A stretch of 61,158 nt of DNA, filler included, from 7 parts of 7 records of this genome joined end to end with filler, not necessarily neighbours in it, one strand, 5' to 3'. Positions 1-10,592 are shown, counted from the whole stretch's first letter. Numbers and translations: made by a program. Notes: generated from the letters alone by a model not told the origin.

Positions 1-1038
1 GTTGAGGGGGGATCCACAATTAACGTGGAAGCTGGATCACAGGTGACCATGGATGATAGAATGGATTTAATTGATTCTGATATGGTTATAGCCGGTACTA
101 TCGAAAGTACCGGAGTGAGTGATCTCAATCTGGAAGGAAGCAGCACTCTTACCATGGAGGATGGGGGGGAGGCCACTTTCAATGATATGGAGTTTGGAAC
201 TGGGGATGGTGTCACTCAATTCATCATGAATGGTGGGGCGTTTAATTTACTTGGAGAAGTTGATTTTAATGGCGGTACGGATGGTGATGCCATTGTTATC
301 AATGGCGGAGTGCTCGATGTTGGAAACGATCTGGAAATCGGGTCAACAGACGGAACAATTACAGTAAATCCCGGAGGTACGGTCAATGCTCCTTCGATTG
401 ATGATGTTGTTATTGACGATCCTGACGACCTTCCATCGAATATAATTATTAGTGGTGGCAACTTTAATATTGGTGGCTATGCCCTACCTGTTGAGTTAAT
501 TAGCTTCGAAGGGTCACTTTATGAAAGTCAGCAAGCAGCGCTTTTAGAATGGACTACCGCCACGGAAATTAACAACCGAGGATTTTTTATTGAAAAAAGT
601 GAAGATGGGAAAACATTCGAATCCTTAGGATTTGTTGATGGCAATGGTACCGCAACGGATCTGCATGAATATTCTTTTCTGGATTATAATTTGCGGTTGA
701 GTAGCTATTACCGATTGCGTCAGGTCGATTTTGATGGAGAATTTGAATACAGTAAAATAATCTTCTTATCTGTGATTTCGTCAGACACACCAAATCCAAT
801 AAAACTCTTTCCAAACCCGACTCAGGCTAAAATAAATGTGGATGGGTTGATCGATGAGGTTTATAATATACAGATTCGCGATGTTTCAGGTAAGCTGTTG
901 TTCGAAGGTGAGGCCATGAGTTTGTCTGATTCGGAAAGGCTTATCAATCAATCGCTTGCCATAAGTACTAATGGAATATTGTTTGTACGATTTAGTAACC
1001 CAGGGTATACACGTGTGATTCGAGTGGTGAAGCAATAG
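1..1038 (+). CDS. T9SS type A sorting-domain protein, 5'-truncated; Gly/Asp-rich beta-strand repeats, Ig-like domain and CTD
   Basis: Frame is open from base 1 (VEGGSTINV...). The LPVELISFEG...LEWTTATEINNRGFFIEKS...YYRLRQVDFDG Ig-like block and the C-terminal LFPNP...VIRVVKQ are typical of Bacteroidota T9SS cargo. Confidence 0.85.
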   Translation, partial: VEGGSTINVEAGSQVTMDDRMDLIDSDMVIAGTIESTGVSDLNLEGSSTLTMEDGGEATFNDMEFGTGDGVTQFIMNGGAFNLLGEVDFNGGTDGDAIVINGGVLDVGNDLEIGSTDGTITVNPGGTVNAPSIDDVVIDDPDDLPSNIIISGGNFNIGGYALPVELISFEGSLYESQQAALLEWTTATEINNRGFFIEKSEDGKTFESLGFVDGNGTATDLHEYSFLDYNLRLSSYYRLRQVDFDGEFEYSKIIFLSVISSDTPNPIKLFPNPTQAKINVDGLIDEVYNIQIRDVSGKLLFEGEAMSLSDSERLINQSLAISTNGILFVRFSNPGYTRVIRVVKQ

Positions 1039-1131
1039 ACATAGCGCAGTACCGCAAGACATTTAGAGTAATTGATTTCATTCAGATTAATTCGAAGCTT
1101 CTAGTGACCTAAATTTGCGAAGTAGCGTTGT

Positions 1132-3081
1132 TTAGCGAATCAAAAGCTTCTCTACATGTTTTTCGTTCTCCTGAATGATTTCCAGTAGGTACAATCCCTT
1201 GTTCATGTTTTGGATTTTATCCTGTAACGCTTCGATTACTAGATCCTTATTTCCAGTTGCCGAAAATACAATTTCGCTTCCTGAAATGCTGTAAACTCTA
1301 ATGGAGGTTTGCGCAGAAATGTTGGTAGTAATGTTAAGCTTTTGATTGGTCTGGTACGGGTTTGGCCCGATCGCCACCTCATAATGGATTTTTTCCTGTT
1401 TATTTTGTATAAACAGCGTTTTACTGTATTCATAGACATCATCCCAGTCCAGTTGTTTCAATCGATAATAACCGCTTTCAAAAAGAGGTTGAAAACTGTA
1501 TTGATAATTATGAACATCCGTAGTAGAACCATGGCCATTTACAAAGCCGATTTTTGTGAAGTCATTGCCATTTTCTGAACATTCTATTTCGAAACCTTTG
1601 TTGTCAATTTCGGAAGCAGTAGTCCACGCGAGTTTTATATTTCCGTCATCATGGTTTCCAACAAATCGGGTGAGTTTCACCGGCAATGCTGCACAGCCGG
1701 AACCACAGCAACCGGTGCTGCAATCGTCCCCGTTCGCGGAAACAAAACGTCCATTAGGATCATTTATAGTACCCCCAACGATTGCGGTTCCTCCGGATAG
1801 AATGGATACATCGGCATTGTCAGCATCATTATCGAGATCTCCACCAATATTTATTACCCCGCCATCATTCACTACTATATCGGCGTTTTTACCGTTCGTA
1901 AAGTCGTCTCCTACGATTAGGTTCCCATTGTCACCTAAGGTTATGTCGCCATTTTCTTCGCTGTTGTCAAAGTCTCCACCAACATTGAAATTTCCACCAC
2001 CTGTGGTTCCTATATCAATGGTTCCGTTTTTCCCATTTTCAAAGTTGTCAACAACGTCAAGTGTTCCGCCATTACTGATTACAATATCCCCATTCTCCTT
2101 ACTGTTGTCAAAATCACCACCCACGTTCATATCGGAATTGTCGAGGTTTACATTGCCGTTCTTTCCATTTTCGAAATCTTCACCCACGTTCAGCGAGCCA
2201 TTAGTGAACGTCAATTCTCCATTGTCGTTGCTATTATCGAAGTTGCCATCCACGGTCATGTCACTGTCTGTGAAAGTCACATCTGAGTTTTTTCCGTTTG
2301 TAAAGTCTTCGCCAACGGCCAAATCACTGCCATTGGAGGCTAAAATATCTGCTCCATCTTTGCTATTATCAAAATCGCCATCGACAGAAAGATCACTGTC
2401 ATTCAATGTGACCACTGAGTTTTTCCCGTTTTTGAAATCACCGGCGGCAGTGACCGAAGATCCATTGGTCATGGTGAGGTCCGCATTGTCCTTGTCATTC
2501 TCAAAGTCTCCTGACAGGGCAATTGAGCTATTGTCAAGAGAGGTTTGCGCATTTTTTCCGCTTTTAAAATTGACCGCTGTAATGGATGATCCATTGGTCA
2601 TGGTGAGATCCGCATCATCCTTGTCATTTTCAAAATCCCCAGTTAAAACCATGGTGCTATTGTTCATGACCATTTGAGAGTTTTTCCCACCCTTGAAATT
2701 CACTGCAGAAAGGCTGGCTCCATTTTGAAAGGTAACATCTGAATTGTCATCGTCACTGTCAAAATCTCCGTTGATCGTAATGGTGGTGCCATCAATTACA
2801 ATGAACCCATTTTGCTTGTTTTCGAATTTGTCCTGAATAATGATACTTCCAGCTCCATTTATTTGGGCCGTATTGTTACTATTTTGATCATTTATCAGTT
2901 TTCCAGTGATGGTAAGAACAACTCCAGGGTTGATAGTCAACACTCCCTCATCGATTGTGAGATCGCCAGCTACGGTACAATTGGAAGTAACTACGAACGA
3001 AGTAGTAAGGGTTCCTGAAGGACATTGAGCGTGTGCCCAAAGGTGTAAGCACGAAAGAAGTACAATTGAAAAATAGCGCAT
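1132..3081 (-). CDS. Secreted repeat (beta-solenoid-like) protein with T9SS type A sorting domain
   Basis: ATG at 3081 gives signal peptide MRYFSIVLLSCLHLWAHA-Q. About 7-8 tandem ~43-aa repeats (F-x-NGKN...GDFDN) follow, then the LPVKLTRF/YYRLKQLDWD Ig-like domain and a PNP...GLYLLEI...KLLIR CTD. Confidence 0.85.
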   Translation of the reverse strand: MRYFSIVLLSCLHLWAHAQCPSGTLTTSFVVTSNCTVAGDLTIDEGVLTINPGVVLTITGKLINDQNSNNTAQINGAGSIIIQDKFENKQNGFIVIDGTTITINGDFDSDDDNSDVTFQNGASLSAVNFKGGKNSQMVMNNSTMVLTGDFENDKDDADLTMTNGSSITAVNFKSGKNAQTSLDNSSIALSGDFENDKDNADLTMTNGSSVTAAGDFKNGKNSVVTLNDSDLSVDGDFDNSKDGADILASNGSDLAVGEDFTNGKNSDVTFTDSDMTVDGNFDNSNDNGELTFTNGSLNVGEDFENGKNGNVNLDNSDMNVGGDFDNSKENGDIVISNGGTLDVVDNFENGKNGTIDIGTTGGGNFNVGGDFDNSEENGDITLGDNGNLIVGDDFTNGKNADIVVNDGGVINIGGDLDNDADNADVSILSGGTAIVGGTINDPNGRFVSANGDDCSTGCCGSGCAALPVKLTRFVGNHDDGNIKLAWTTASEIDNKGFEIECSENGNDFTKIGFVNGHGSTTDVHNYQYSFQPLFESGYYRLKQLDWDDVYEYSKTLFIQNKQEKIHYEVAIGPNPYQTNQKLNITTNISAQTSIRVYSISGSEIVFSATGNKDLVIEALQDKIQNMNKGLYLLEIIQENEKHVEKLLIR

Positions 3082-3357
3082 TGAAATAATTACAGATAAT
3101 CTCAAAATTGTGTAAAGATAAATTTATGATATGAGTGATCCGCTTAAAGGCAGAGGTTTTAGTTCAACTAAACATTTTAAGGGATTAACGTAGCGTTTAA
3201 GGGTATTGGATTTTTTTATTTTCAAGAAAACTGAGTGGAAATCAGCTTCTCTGGTTTTAATACTTTTAGTTTAATATCATTCTTAAATTTCAGACCATTT
3301 CATTTTGATATTTCTAACAAAACAACTGAAATGTTAAAAATACAACCATAAACACCT

Positions 3358-3365
3358 TAAATTTG
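3358..3365 (+). promoter_or_regulatory. Bacteroidota sigma-A -7 promoter element (TAnnTTTG)
   Basis: TAAATTTG about 36 nt upstream of the ATG at 3402, in AT-rich intergenic DNA. Confidence 0.5.
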
Positions 3366-3401
3366 ATGAGGTTTTCCAGTTAACTATTTAACCAACCTTC
3401 C

Positions 3402-6400
3402 ATGTCAATAAAAGTCGCAGTACGCCATTATACCAAGTATTCATACGACAAACACATACAGCTCGGCCCTCAGGTCATTCGCCTGAGACCTGCGCCGCAT
3501 TCCCGGACATTTATCAAAGGGTATTCCTTAAATATCAAACCTGAAAACCATTTTATTAACTGGCAGCAAGACCCTTTTGGTAACTACCTGGCGCGTATCG
3601 TTTTTCCTGAAAAGGTGAACCATTTTGAAGTAGACGTAGAGGTGATAGCAGATATGGTTGTGCTGAATCCTTTTGACTTTTTCATTGAGGACTATGCACA
3701 GAAATTCCCCTTTAAATACGAGGAGGGGCTAAGAAAGCAGTTGCTTCCATACCTTGAAACGACAGAGCACGATGCGCTGCTGATGGATTTGGTGGAGGAA
3801 GCTAAAAAACTGATTACAAAGGACATTATTACTGTTGACCTATTGGTTGCAGTCAATCAATTGATCAACCGAAAACTGGCCTACAAGATTCGAATGGAGC
3901 CGGGTGTACAGTCCTGCGGGGAAACACTTGGTTTAGGTTCGGGATCATGTCGGGATTTTTCCTGGTTGATGGTCATGGTTTTTCGGCACATCGGTCTGGC
4001 ATCCAGATTCGCCTCTGGTTATTTGATTCAATTAAAATCGGATGAAAAATCCTTGGATGGCCCATCAGGACCGGAAGAAGATTTTACAGATCTTCACGCC
4101 TGGACGGAGGTATATGTGCCCGGAGCAGGTTGGATAGGACTCGATTCTACTTCGGGTTTATTCGCCGGTGAAGGACATATTCCATTGGCCTGTACACCTG
4201 ACCCTCAAAGTGCAGCGCCTATTTCTGGTTTGGTGGAGCCTGCTAAAACGGAATTTCAATTCGAAAATAAAGTAACACGGATTGAGGAAAAACCCCGTGT
4301 TACCAAACCCTATTCGGATGATCAATGGGAGGAAATCCTAGCTGTTGGTGATCAGGTAGATGCCGATTTGCTGGCAAACGATGTGAAGTTGACCATGGGT
4401 GGCGAACCGACTTTTGTGGCTATCGACAATCCCGATGCTGCAGAATGGAATTCCGCTGCAGATGGAGAACACAAACGAAAGCTTTCAAATGTTCTCTTCC
4501 ACAAGTTGAAGGGCGAATTTGGGAAAGGTGCTCTGATGCAATACGGACAGGGAAAATGGTATCCAGGCGAGCCCTTGCCTCGTTGGAAACTGGCCTGCTA
4601 TTGGCGTCTGGACGGCCATCCGATCTGGCGAAACGATCAGTTGATGGCTGATCTTTCTAAAGATTACAAACTGACGCATGCCGATGCGGATAAGTTTGTT
4701 CATGCTCTTGCTGGTGAACTACATGTTGATCAGGAAAATATTCGGCCTGCATACGAGGATCCCTTTTATTTTATATGGGAAGAAAGTAAGGTTCCTGTCA
4801 ATGTAGATCCATTGAAAGTGGATTTGAAATCCTCTTTGGAGCGCCAGAAATTGGCCGAACTCCTTAATCAGGGTTTAGATAAACCCGTCGGTTTTGCTGT
4901 GCCATTGAGCTGGGATTACAAAGCGTCGGATTGGCAAAGTTGTAGTTGGTCATTCAGAAGAAATAGTTTGTTTTTGGTTCCGGGAAATTCGCCTGCGGGT
5001 TTGCGCTTGCCGCTGGATTCCATTCAGCACATTGATCCGGACAAAGAGGAAGTGCGGCCTGTTAAGGACTTGTTTTCAGAAGACGATGCACTTCCAAAGA
5101 TTGATGATGCTGCTTCGCTGAAACCTCAAAGCAAGAATTTCAATAACACCAAAGAGATTTTCAAAACAAGTCTGATAGTTGAGGTAAGGAAGGGGAAATT
5201 GTTCGTGTTCTTTCCGCCGGTTGAGTATTTGGAACATTACCTCGATCTGGTAGGAGCTGTGGAGCGTGTAGCTGAAAAACTTCAAATCCCAATTTTGATC
5301 GAAGGGTACGATCCACCGTCAGACAATCGGGTTCAAAAATTTATGATTACACCAGATCCTGGTGTAATCGAGGTAAACATTCATCCTTCTAAAACCTGGA
5401 GGGAACTACAGTTTAATTACGAAACGCTTTACGAAAAAGCCAGAGAGTCGCGGCTGACAAGTGAAAAATTCAATCTGGATGGTAAACATACTGGAACGGG
5501 GGGAGGAAACCACGTCACTTTAGGAGGGCAGAAACCTTCGGAAAGCCCGATCCTTCGCCGACCCGATGTACTTAAAAGTTTCATCACCTATTGGCAACAT
5601 CATCCGTCACTTTCTTATCTCTTTTCGACACAATTTATCGGCCCTACAAGTCAGGCTCCACGAGTAGATGAAGGACGCGACGATATTCTCTATGAGTTGG
5701 AACTGGCCTTTCAACAAGTGCCAAAAGATCTGAAAGAAAATGAAGTTCCTTTCTGGCTCGTGGACCGCTTATTCAGGAATTTGCTTATTGATATTACCGG
5801 AAACACCCACCGAGCAGAGTTTTGCATCGACAAATTGTATTCTCCGGATTCGAGCACCGGGCGTTTAGGTATTCTGGAGTTTCGTGGTTTCGATATGCCG
5901 CCGCATTACCGCATGAGCATGGTTCAGATGTTGCTTATCCGTGGGCTGTTGAGTTGGTTTTGGCAAAAGCCGTACGATCACAAATTGGTGCGTTGGGGCA
6001 CATCGCTACACGATCGTTTCCTGCTTCCTCATTATTCTTACAAGGATTTGAGTGAGGTAGTCAATGACCTGAGAACAGCAGGATATGCTTTTGATATTTC
6101 CTGGTTCGATCCGTTTTTCAGCTTCCGGTTTCCGTTTTTGGGAGAGTTGCAAGTAGATGATATTCACATCGAATTGAAGATGGCCATTGAGCCGTGGCAT
6201 GTGCTTGGTGAGGAAATCTCCAGTTCTGGAACTGCCCGTTTTGTGGACTCTTCGCTCGAGCGCCTGCAGGTAAAAATCTCTGGTTTGACTGATTCCCGTT
6301 ATCATTTACTTTGCAATGGCCTGCGTATTCCGCTGAAAAACACAGGCGTTCAGGGAGAATATGTGACGGGTGTTCGTTACCGCGCGTGGCAGCCACCATC

Positions 6401-6749
6401 AGCCCTTCATCCTACTTTGGGAGTGGACACGCCGTTGACGTTCGATTTGTTTGATACCTGGACGAAAAAATCCGTTGCGGCATGTAAGTATCATGTCACC
6501 CATCCTGGTGGCAGGAGTTACGACACGTTCCCGGTGAATAGTTATGAGGCTGAGTCAAGAAGGATTTCACGATTCTTCGATTTTGGGCATTCTGTCAATT
6601 TAGTGGAACCGACCGTCAGTCAGCCAACCGCTGTTGGTCGGTTTGTGACGAAGGTGAACCTTGTTACCAATTATGAGGCGACCGGAGAAGCATTCAATCC
6701 GGACTTTCCTCATACCATGGATTTGAGAAGATATAAACGTCCTCAATAA
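3402..6749 (+). CDS. Transglutaminase-like domain fused to DUF2126 putative amidoligase
   Basis: N-terminal H-x-T-x-Y-x-Y...LGPQVIRLRPAPH; catalytic triad motifs GSCRDF, DLHAWTEV and GLDSTSG; C-terminal TMGGEPTFV, TPDPGVIEVN, GTGGGNH and LEFRGFDMPP motifs of DUF2126. Confidence 0.9.
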   Translation: MSIKVAVRHYTKYSYDKHIQLGPQVIRLRPAPHSRTFIKGYSLNIKPENHFINWQQDPFGNYLARIVFPEKVNHFEVDVEVIADMVVLNPFDFFIEDYAQKFPFKYEEGLRKQLLPYLETTEHDALLMDLVEEAKKLITKDIITVDLLVAVNQLINRKLAYKIRMEPGVQSCGETLGLGSGSCRDFSWLMVMVFRHIGLASRFASGYLIQLKSDEKSLDGPSGPEEDFTDLHAWTEVYVPGAGWIGLDSTSGLFAGEGHIPLACTPDPQSAAPISGLVEPAKTEFQFENKVTRIEEKPRVTKPYSDDQWEEILAVGDQVDADLLANDVKLTMGGEPTFVAIDNPDAAEWNSAADGEHKRKLSNVLFHKLKGEFGKGALMQYGQGKWYPGEPLPRWKLACYWRLDGHPIWRNDQLMADLSKDYKLTHADADKFVHALAGELHVDQENIRPAYEDPFYFIWEESKVPVNVDPLKVDLKSSLERQKLAELLNQGLDKPVGFAVPLSWDYKASDWQSCSWSFRRNSLFLVPGNSPAGLRLPLDSIQHIDPDKEEVRPVKDLFSEDDALPKIDDAASLKPQSKNFNNTKEIFKTSLIVEVRKGKLFVFFPPVEYLEHYLDLVGAVERVAEKLQIPILIEGYDPPSDNRVQKFMITPDPGVIEVNIHPSKTWRELQFNYETLYEKARESRLTSEKFNLDGKHTGTGGGNHVTLGGQKPSESPILRRPDVLKSFITYWQHHPSLSYLFSTQFIGPTSQAPRVDEGRDDILYELELAFQQVPKDLKENEVPFWLVDRLFRNLLIDITGNTHRAEFCIDKLYSPDSSTGRLGILEFRGFDMPPHYRMSMVQMLLIRGLLSWFWQKPYDHKLVRWGTSLHDRFLLPHYSYKDLSEVVNDLRTAGYAFDISWFDPFFSFRFPFLGELQVDDIHIELKMAIEPWHVLGEEISSSGTARFVDSSLERLQVKISGLTDSRYHLLCNGLRIPLKNTGVQGEYVTGVRYRAWQPPSALHPTLGVDTPLTFDLFDTWTKKSVAACKYHVTHPGGRSYDTFPVNSYEAESRRISRFFDFGHSVNLVEPTVSQPTAVGRFVTKVNLVTNYEATGEAFNPDFPHTMDLRRYKRPQ

Positions 6750-6784
6750 GCGTATATTCGTAGCAAAAAGATCAATTTTACCCC

Positions 6785-6939
6785 ATGATTGAATCATACC
6801 TTGTTGACCGGATGTTCAACAACACACCGTTTCTGGACGAATTAGCTACTCCAAACGGCAGCTTGTCTCCCCAATGGGAAAAACTTGCTCGTTATTACGG
6901 AAAGCTCACGCCGGATAAAATGAGCCAGTTTCACGATGA
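6785..6939 (+). CDS. Probable circularly permuted type 2 ATP-grasp protein, N-terminal fragment cut by contig end
   Basis: FLDELATPNGSLSPQWEKL resembles the YDEM...G..RPHW..L N-terminus of this family, which is the usual downstream partner of DUF2126 transglutaminases. Only ~51 codons are visible. Confidence 0.55.
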
Positions 6940-7039
6940 NNNNNNNNNNNNNNNNNNNNNNNNNNNNNNNNNNNNNNNNNNNNTTAATTAATTAANNNNN
7001 NNNNNNNNNNNNNNNNNNNNNNNNNNNNNNNNNNNNNNN
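6940..7039. other. Artificial contig spacer
   Basis: 44 N + TTAATTAATTAA (stops in all six frames) + 44 N. Confidence 0.98.
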
Positions 7040-7461
7040 GGGTTACACCCCATGCTGGCGCCAGCTTGCAAATCACGCAGTGAATCGCCCACGCAGGGTA
7101 CGCCGCCCAGATCAAAGCCAGTTCTGGCCTGAATTTCCTGAAACAGGCCCGACTTGGGTTTGCGGCAGTTGCATTTGTCATCGGGACCATGCGGGCAGAA
7201 GAAAATACCTTCAATGTGTGCGCCTACCACGCCAGCCAGGTCATGCATTTTTTTGTGCATGGCTGAAAGTGTTTCCAGGTCGAACAAGCCGCGCGAAATG
7301 CCACTTTGGTTGGTTGCCACTACGACGCGGTAACCGCCGCGGTTCAGGCGTGCAATGGCTTCCATGCTGCCTGGAATGGGGGTCCATTCATCGACCGATT
7401 TGATGTATTCATCCGAATCTTCGTTGATGACACCATCACGATCCAGCACGATGAGTTTCAT
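7040..7461 (-). CDS. gmhB: D-glycero-beta-D-manno-heptose 1,7-bisphosphate 7-phosphatase, 3'-truncated
   Basis: HAD motif LDRDGVIN, VATNQSG, zinc motif CPH...CNCRKPK and VGDSLRDL; lies downstream of glyS as is usual in betaproteobacteria. Confidence 0.93.
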
Positions 7462-7488
7462 GGGCTTGTCCTTGCTCGGTGTCTTGGC

Positions 7489-9573
7489 TTAAGCCGCGAG
7501 TTGTGAAATGTCGGCAACGCGGTTCATTAGACCATGCATGTGTTTCAACAAAGCAAGGCGGTTGTTTTTCAGGGCTTCGTTGTTGTCCATCACCATCACG
7601 TTCTCGAAAAACGAGTCCACATTTGCTTTCAGTGGTGCAAGCACCAGCAAGGCTTGCTGATAGTCACCTTGCTCAAAGGCTTTTGTGGCGAGTGGTTCAA
7701 CTTCTTTCACTTGCGCAGCCAGTGCCTTTTCAGCATCCACTTGCAGCAGGCTTGCGTCGACTTCAGACGAACCCACTTCCGTTTTCTTCAGAATGTTGGT
7801 GATGCGTTTGTTGGCTGCGGCCAGGGCTTGCGATTCTGGCAATTGCGAGAACGCGCGCACGGCTTCAAGGCGTTTGGGCAGGTCGGCGAACTGGCTTGGG
7901 TTTTGGCTTAGTACCGATTCAACTTCGGCGGTGGAATAGCCTTGGTCTTTCAGGTAACCACGCAGGCGGTCCTGAATAAAGCCGGCAATGCCTTCGACGC
8001 TGTGTTTGAAATCGGGGAAGGCTGTGAACAGGCTGCTTGCTTTGTTCAGCGCATCGATCAAATCCAGTTTCAGGTTTTTCTCGATCACCATGCGGATCAC
8101 ACCCAGTGCGTGGCGGCGCAAGGCGAAGGGGTCTTTGTCGCCAGTGGGCACCAAGCCAATGCTGTAAATGCCCACCATGGTTTCCAGCTTGTCGGCCAAT
8201 GCAGCAGCAACACCCACTGGGTTACGGGGCAATTGGTCGCCTGCAAAACGGGGGCTGTAGTGGTCGGCAATGGCTTGCGCCACATCGGCGTGTTCACCAT
8301 CGTGGCGGGCGTAATGTTCGCCCATATTGCCTTGCAGTTCCGGGAATTCACCCACCATGTCGGTCAGCAAATCAGCCTTGCACAGCAGGGCTGCACGCTT
8401 GGCCTGTTCAATATCAGCACCGCACACCGGGGCAAGTGCTGCCGCCAGTTCAACCAAGCGACCATTGCGGTCTTTCTGGGTGCCCAGCTTGTTGTGGTAC
8501 ACCACATTGGCCAGGCCGGGCAGGCGACTTTCCAGGGTTTTTTTGCGGTCCTGGTCGAAGAAGAATTTTGCATCGGCCAGGCGTGCGCGAAGCACGCGTT
8601 CGTTGCCAGTGGTGATCAGTTCGGGGGTGTGCGTCAGCAGGTTTGAAACCAGCAAGAAGCGGTTTTTCATCTTGCCATTCTGGTCGGTAATCGCAAAATA
8701 CTTCTGGTTGGCTTGCATGGTTAAAATCAAGCATTCCTGCGGCACTTCCAGAAATTCTTTTTCGAAACCGGCTTCATACACCACAGGCCATTCAACCAGT
8801 GCGCACACTTCGTCAATCAACTCTTCAGGTTGCACCACTTTGTCGCCAGTAGCTTGATCGGCCAGGGCTTTCACAATGGCTGCTTTGCGCTTCCCGAAAC
8901 TTGCAATCACTTTGCCTTCTGTTTCAAGTTGCGCTTCGTAGCTGTCAGCACTGGCAATGTTCACCACGCCGGTACTTAAAAAGCGGTGGCCCAGTGTAAT
9001 GCGGTCGCTTTCCAGGCCCAATACTTGAGCTGGCACTACTTTGTCGCCGTGCAGGCAAATCAGTCGGTGGGCAGGGCGCACAAAGTGCACGGTACTGCCA
9101 TTGGGGCGTTGGTAGCTCATTACTTTCGGAATGGGCAGCTTGGTGGTGGCTGCGTCCAGTGCTTTGTTCAGCGACTCTTCAAGCGCTTTGCCTGCTTGGG
9201 TGCGCGAAATGTGCAACACATCCTGTTTGCCGTCGTTGATGGTTTCAAGTTGATCCACGCCAATTGTGCCCAGCCCCAGGGAATCGAGTTTTTTCTGCAG
9301 GGGTGGGGTGGGTTGGCCATTGGCATCCAGACCAATTTTGGCTGGCAGCAAACGTTCCTGAATTTTTTTCTCGGGGCTGATGGCTGCCACATTGGTGATG
9401 CGACAAGCCAAACGGCGTGGGCTTGCAAAATTTTCCACCGCGCTGTTGTCTGCCAAATGGCCTTCATCGCGCAGGGTTTTGCTCAGTAGTTCGGAAAAGG
9501 CGTTGCCCAGTGTTTGCAGTGCCTTGGGTGGGAGCTCTTCGGTAAACAGCTCAACCAGTAGTGTTGAATTCAT
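7489..9573 (-). CDS. glyS: Glycine-tRNA ligase beta subunit
   Basis: LLVELFTEELPP, FVRPAH, GNERVLRARLADAKFF, EFPELQG, KDPFALRR and NRLALL motifs. Start is ATG 9573 (alternative 9582). Confidence 0.97.
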   Translation of the reverse strand: MNSTLLVELFTEELPPKALQTLGNAFSELLSKTLRDEGHLADNSAVENFASPRRLACRITNVAAISPEKKIQERLLPAKIGLDANGQPTPPLQKKLDSLGLGTIGVDQLETINDGKQDVLHISRTQAGKALEESLNKALDAATTKLPIPKVMSYQRPNGSTVHFVRPAHRLICLHGDKVVPAQVLGLESDRITLGHRFLSTGVVNIASADSYEAQLETEGKVIASFGKRKAAIVKALADQATGDKVVQPEELIDEVCALVEWPVVYEAGFEKEFLEVPQECLILTMQANQKYFAITDQNGKMKNRFLLVSNLLTHTPELITTGNERVLRARLADAKFFFDQDRKKTLESRLPGLANVVYHNKLGTQKDRNGRLVELAAALAPVCGADIEQAKRAALLCKADLLTDMVGEFPELQGNMGEHYARHDGEHADVAQAIADHYSPRFAGDQLPRNPVGVAAALADKLETMVGIYSIGLVPTGDKDPFALRRHALGVIRMVIEKNLKLDLIDALNKASSLFTAFPDFKHSVEGIAGFIQDRLRGYLKDQGYSTAEVESVLSQNPSQFADLPKRLEAVRAFSQLPESQALAAANKRITNILKKTEVGSSEVDASLLQVDAEKALAAQVKEVEPLATKAFEQGDYQQALLVLAPLKANVDSFFENVMVMDNNEALKNNRLALLKHMHGLMNRVADISQLAA

Positions 9574-9587
9574 GGGTCTCATGTGTT

Positions 9588-10514
9588 TTAGGCAGCTTGT
9601 GTATTGGGGGTACCGCACATCGGGAAGCCCAGCTTTTCGCGGGAATCGAAATAAGCTTGCGCCACGGCGCGCGACAAATTGCGGATTCGGCCAATGTAGG
9701 CTGCGCGCTCGGTCACGGAGATGGCACCGCGTGCGTCCAGCAGGTTGAAGGTGTGTGCAGCTTTCAAAATCATTTCGTAGGCGGGTAGCGCAAGGCCCAC
9801 TTCAATCAGGTGTTTGGCTTCTGTTTCGTACTCGCCGAAATGGCGGAACAACATGTCGGCATTGCTGTGCTCGAAGTTGTAGGTGGATTGTTCCACTTCG
9901 TTTTGATGAAACACATCGCCATAAGTCAGCGTTTTCATCACGCCTTTTTCTTCGCGCTCGGTCCAAACCAGGTCGTACACATTTTCCTTGCCTTGCAGGT
10001 ACATGGTCAGGCGTTCAATGCCGTAGGTGATCTCGCCCAAAATAGGAGCGCAATCAATCCCGCCCACTTGCTGGAAATAGGTGAACTGCGTCACTTCCAT
10101 GCCGTTCAGCCACACTTCCCAGCCCAGGCCCCATGCGCCCAGTGTTGGGTTTTCCCAGTTGTCTTCCACAAAACGAATGTCGTTCTGTTGGGTGTCAATG
10201 CCCAGGGCTTCAAGGCTGCCAAGGTACAGGTCGATGATGTTTTCTGGCGATGGTTTCAGCACGACCTGGAACTGGTAGTAGTGCTGCATGCGGTTGGGGT
10301 TTTCGCCGTAGCGGCCGTCTTTGGGGCGGCGCGAGGGCTGCACATAAGCTGCATTCCAGGGTTCAGGGCCCAGGGCACGCAGGAAGGTGGCGGTGTGGCT
10401 TGTGCCTGCGCCCACTTCCATGTCGAAAGGTTGCAGCAGGGCGCAACCTTGGTGGTCCCAATAGTTTTGCAGGGTCAAAATGGCCTGTTGAAACGTCAGC
10501 GGTTTCTTGTGCAT
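9588..10514 (-). CDS. glyQ: Glycine-tRNA ligase alpha subunit
   Basis: [41 protein letters not shown] and EITYGIERL motifs. Confidence 0.98.
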   Translation of the reverse strand: MHKKPLTFQQAILTLQNYWDHQGCALLQPFDMEVGAGTSHTATFLRALGPEPWNAAYVQPSRRPKDGRYGENPNRMQHYYQFQVVLKPSPENIIDLYLGSLEALGIDTQQNDIRFVEDNWENPTLGAWGLGWEVWLNGMEVTQFTYFQQVGGIDCAPILGEITYGIERLTMYLQGKENVYDLVWTEREEKGVMKTLTYGDVFHQNEVEQSTYNFEHSNADMLFRHFGEYETEAKHLIEVGLALPAYEMILKAAHTFNLLDARGAISVTERAAYIGRIRNLSRAVAQAYFDSREKLGFPMCGTPNTQAA

Positions 10515-10592
10515 GTGCGCCGGTGTCCTTCGTGATTCAATTTTTTGTACGTCGATTGCCCAGTATTGTAATGGTTACCGGGGCTTTCGAAC

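Noticed and set aside
1110-1117. TAAATTTG Bacteroidota -7 motif between the two convergent T9SS genes (possible antisense promoter)
   Set aside because: A short motif in AT-rich DNA with no gene downstream in that orientation; chance occurrence is likely.
1556-2677. 373-aa Ser/Pro/Leu-rich plus-strand ORF with repeats
   Set aside because: Antisense shadow of the repeat protein on the minus strand, which has the signal peptide and CTD.
6940-7039. Recurring TTAATTAATTAA flanked by N runs as a biological repeat or CRISPR-like array
   Set aside because: It is an identical synthetic all-frame-stop linker at every contig join.
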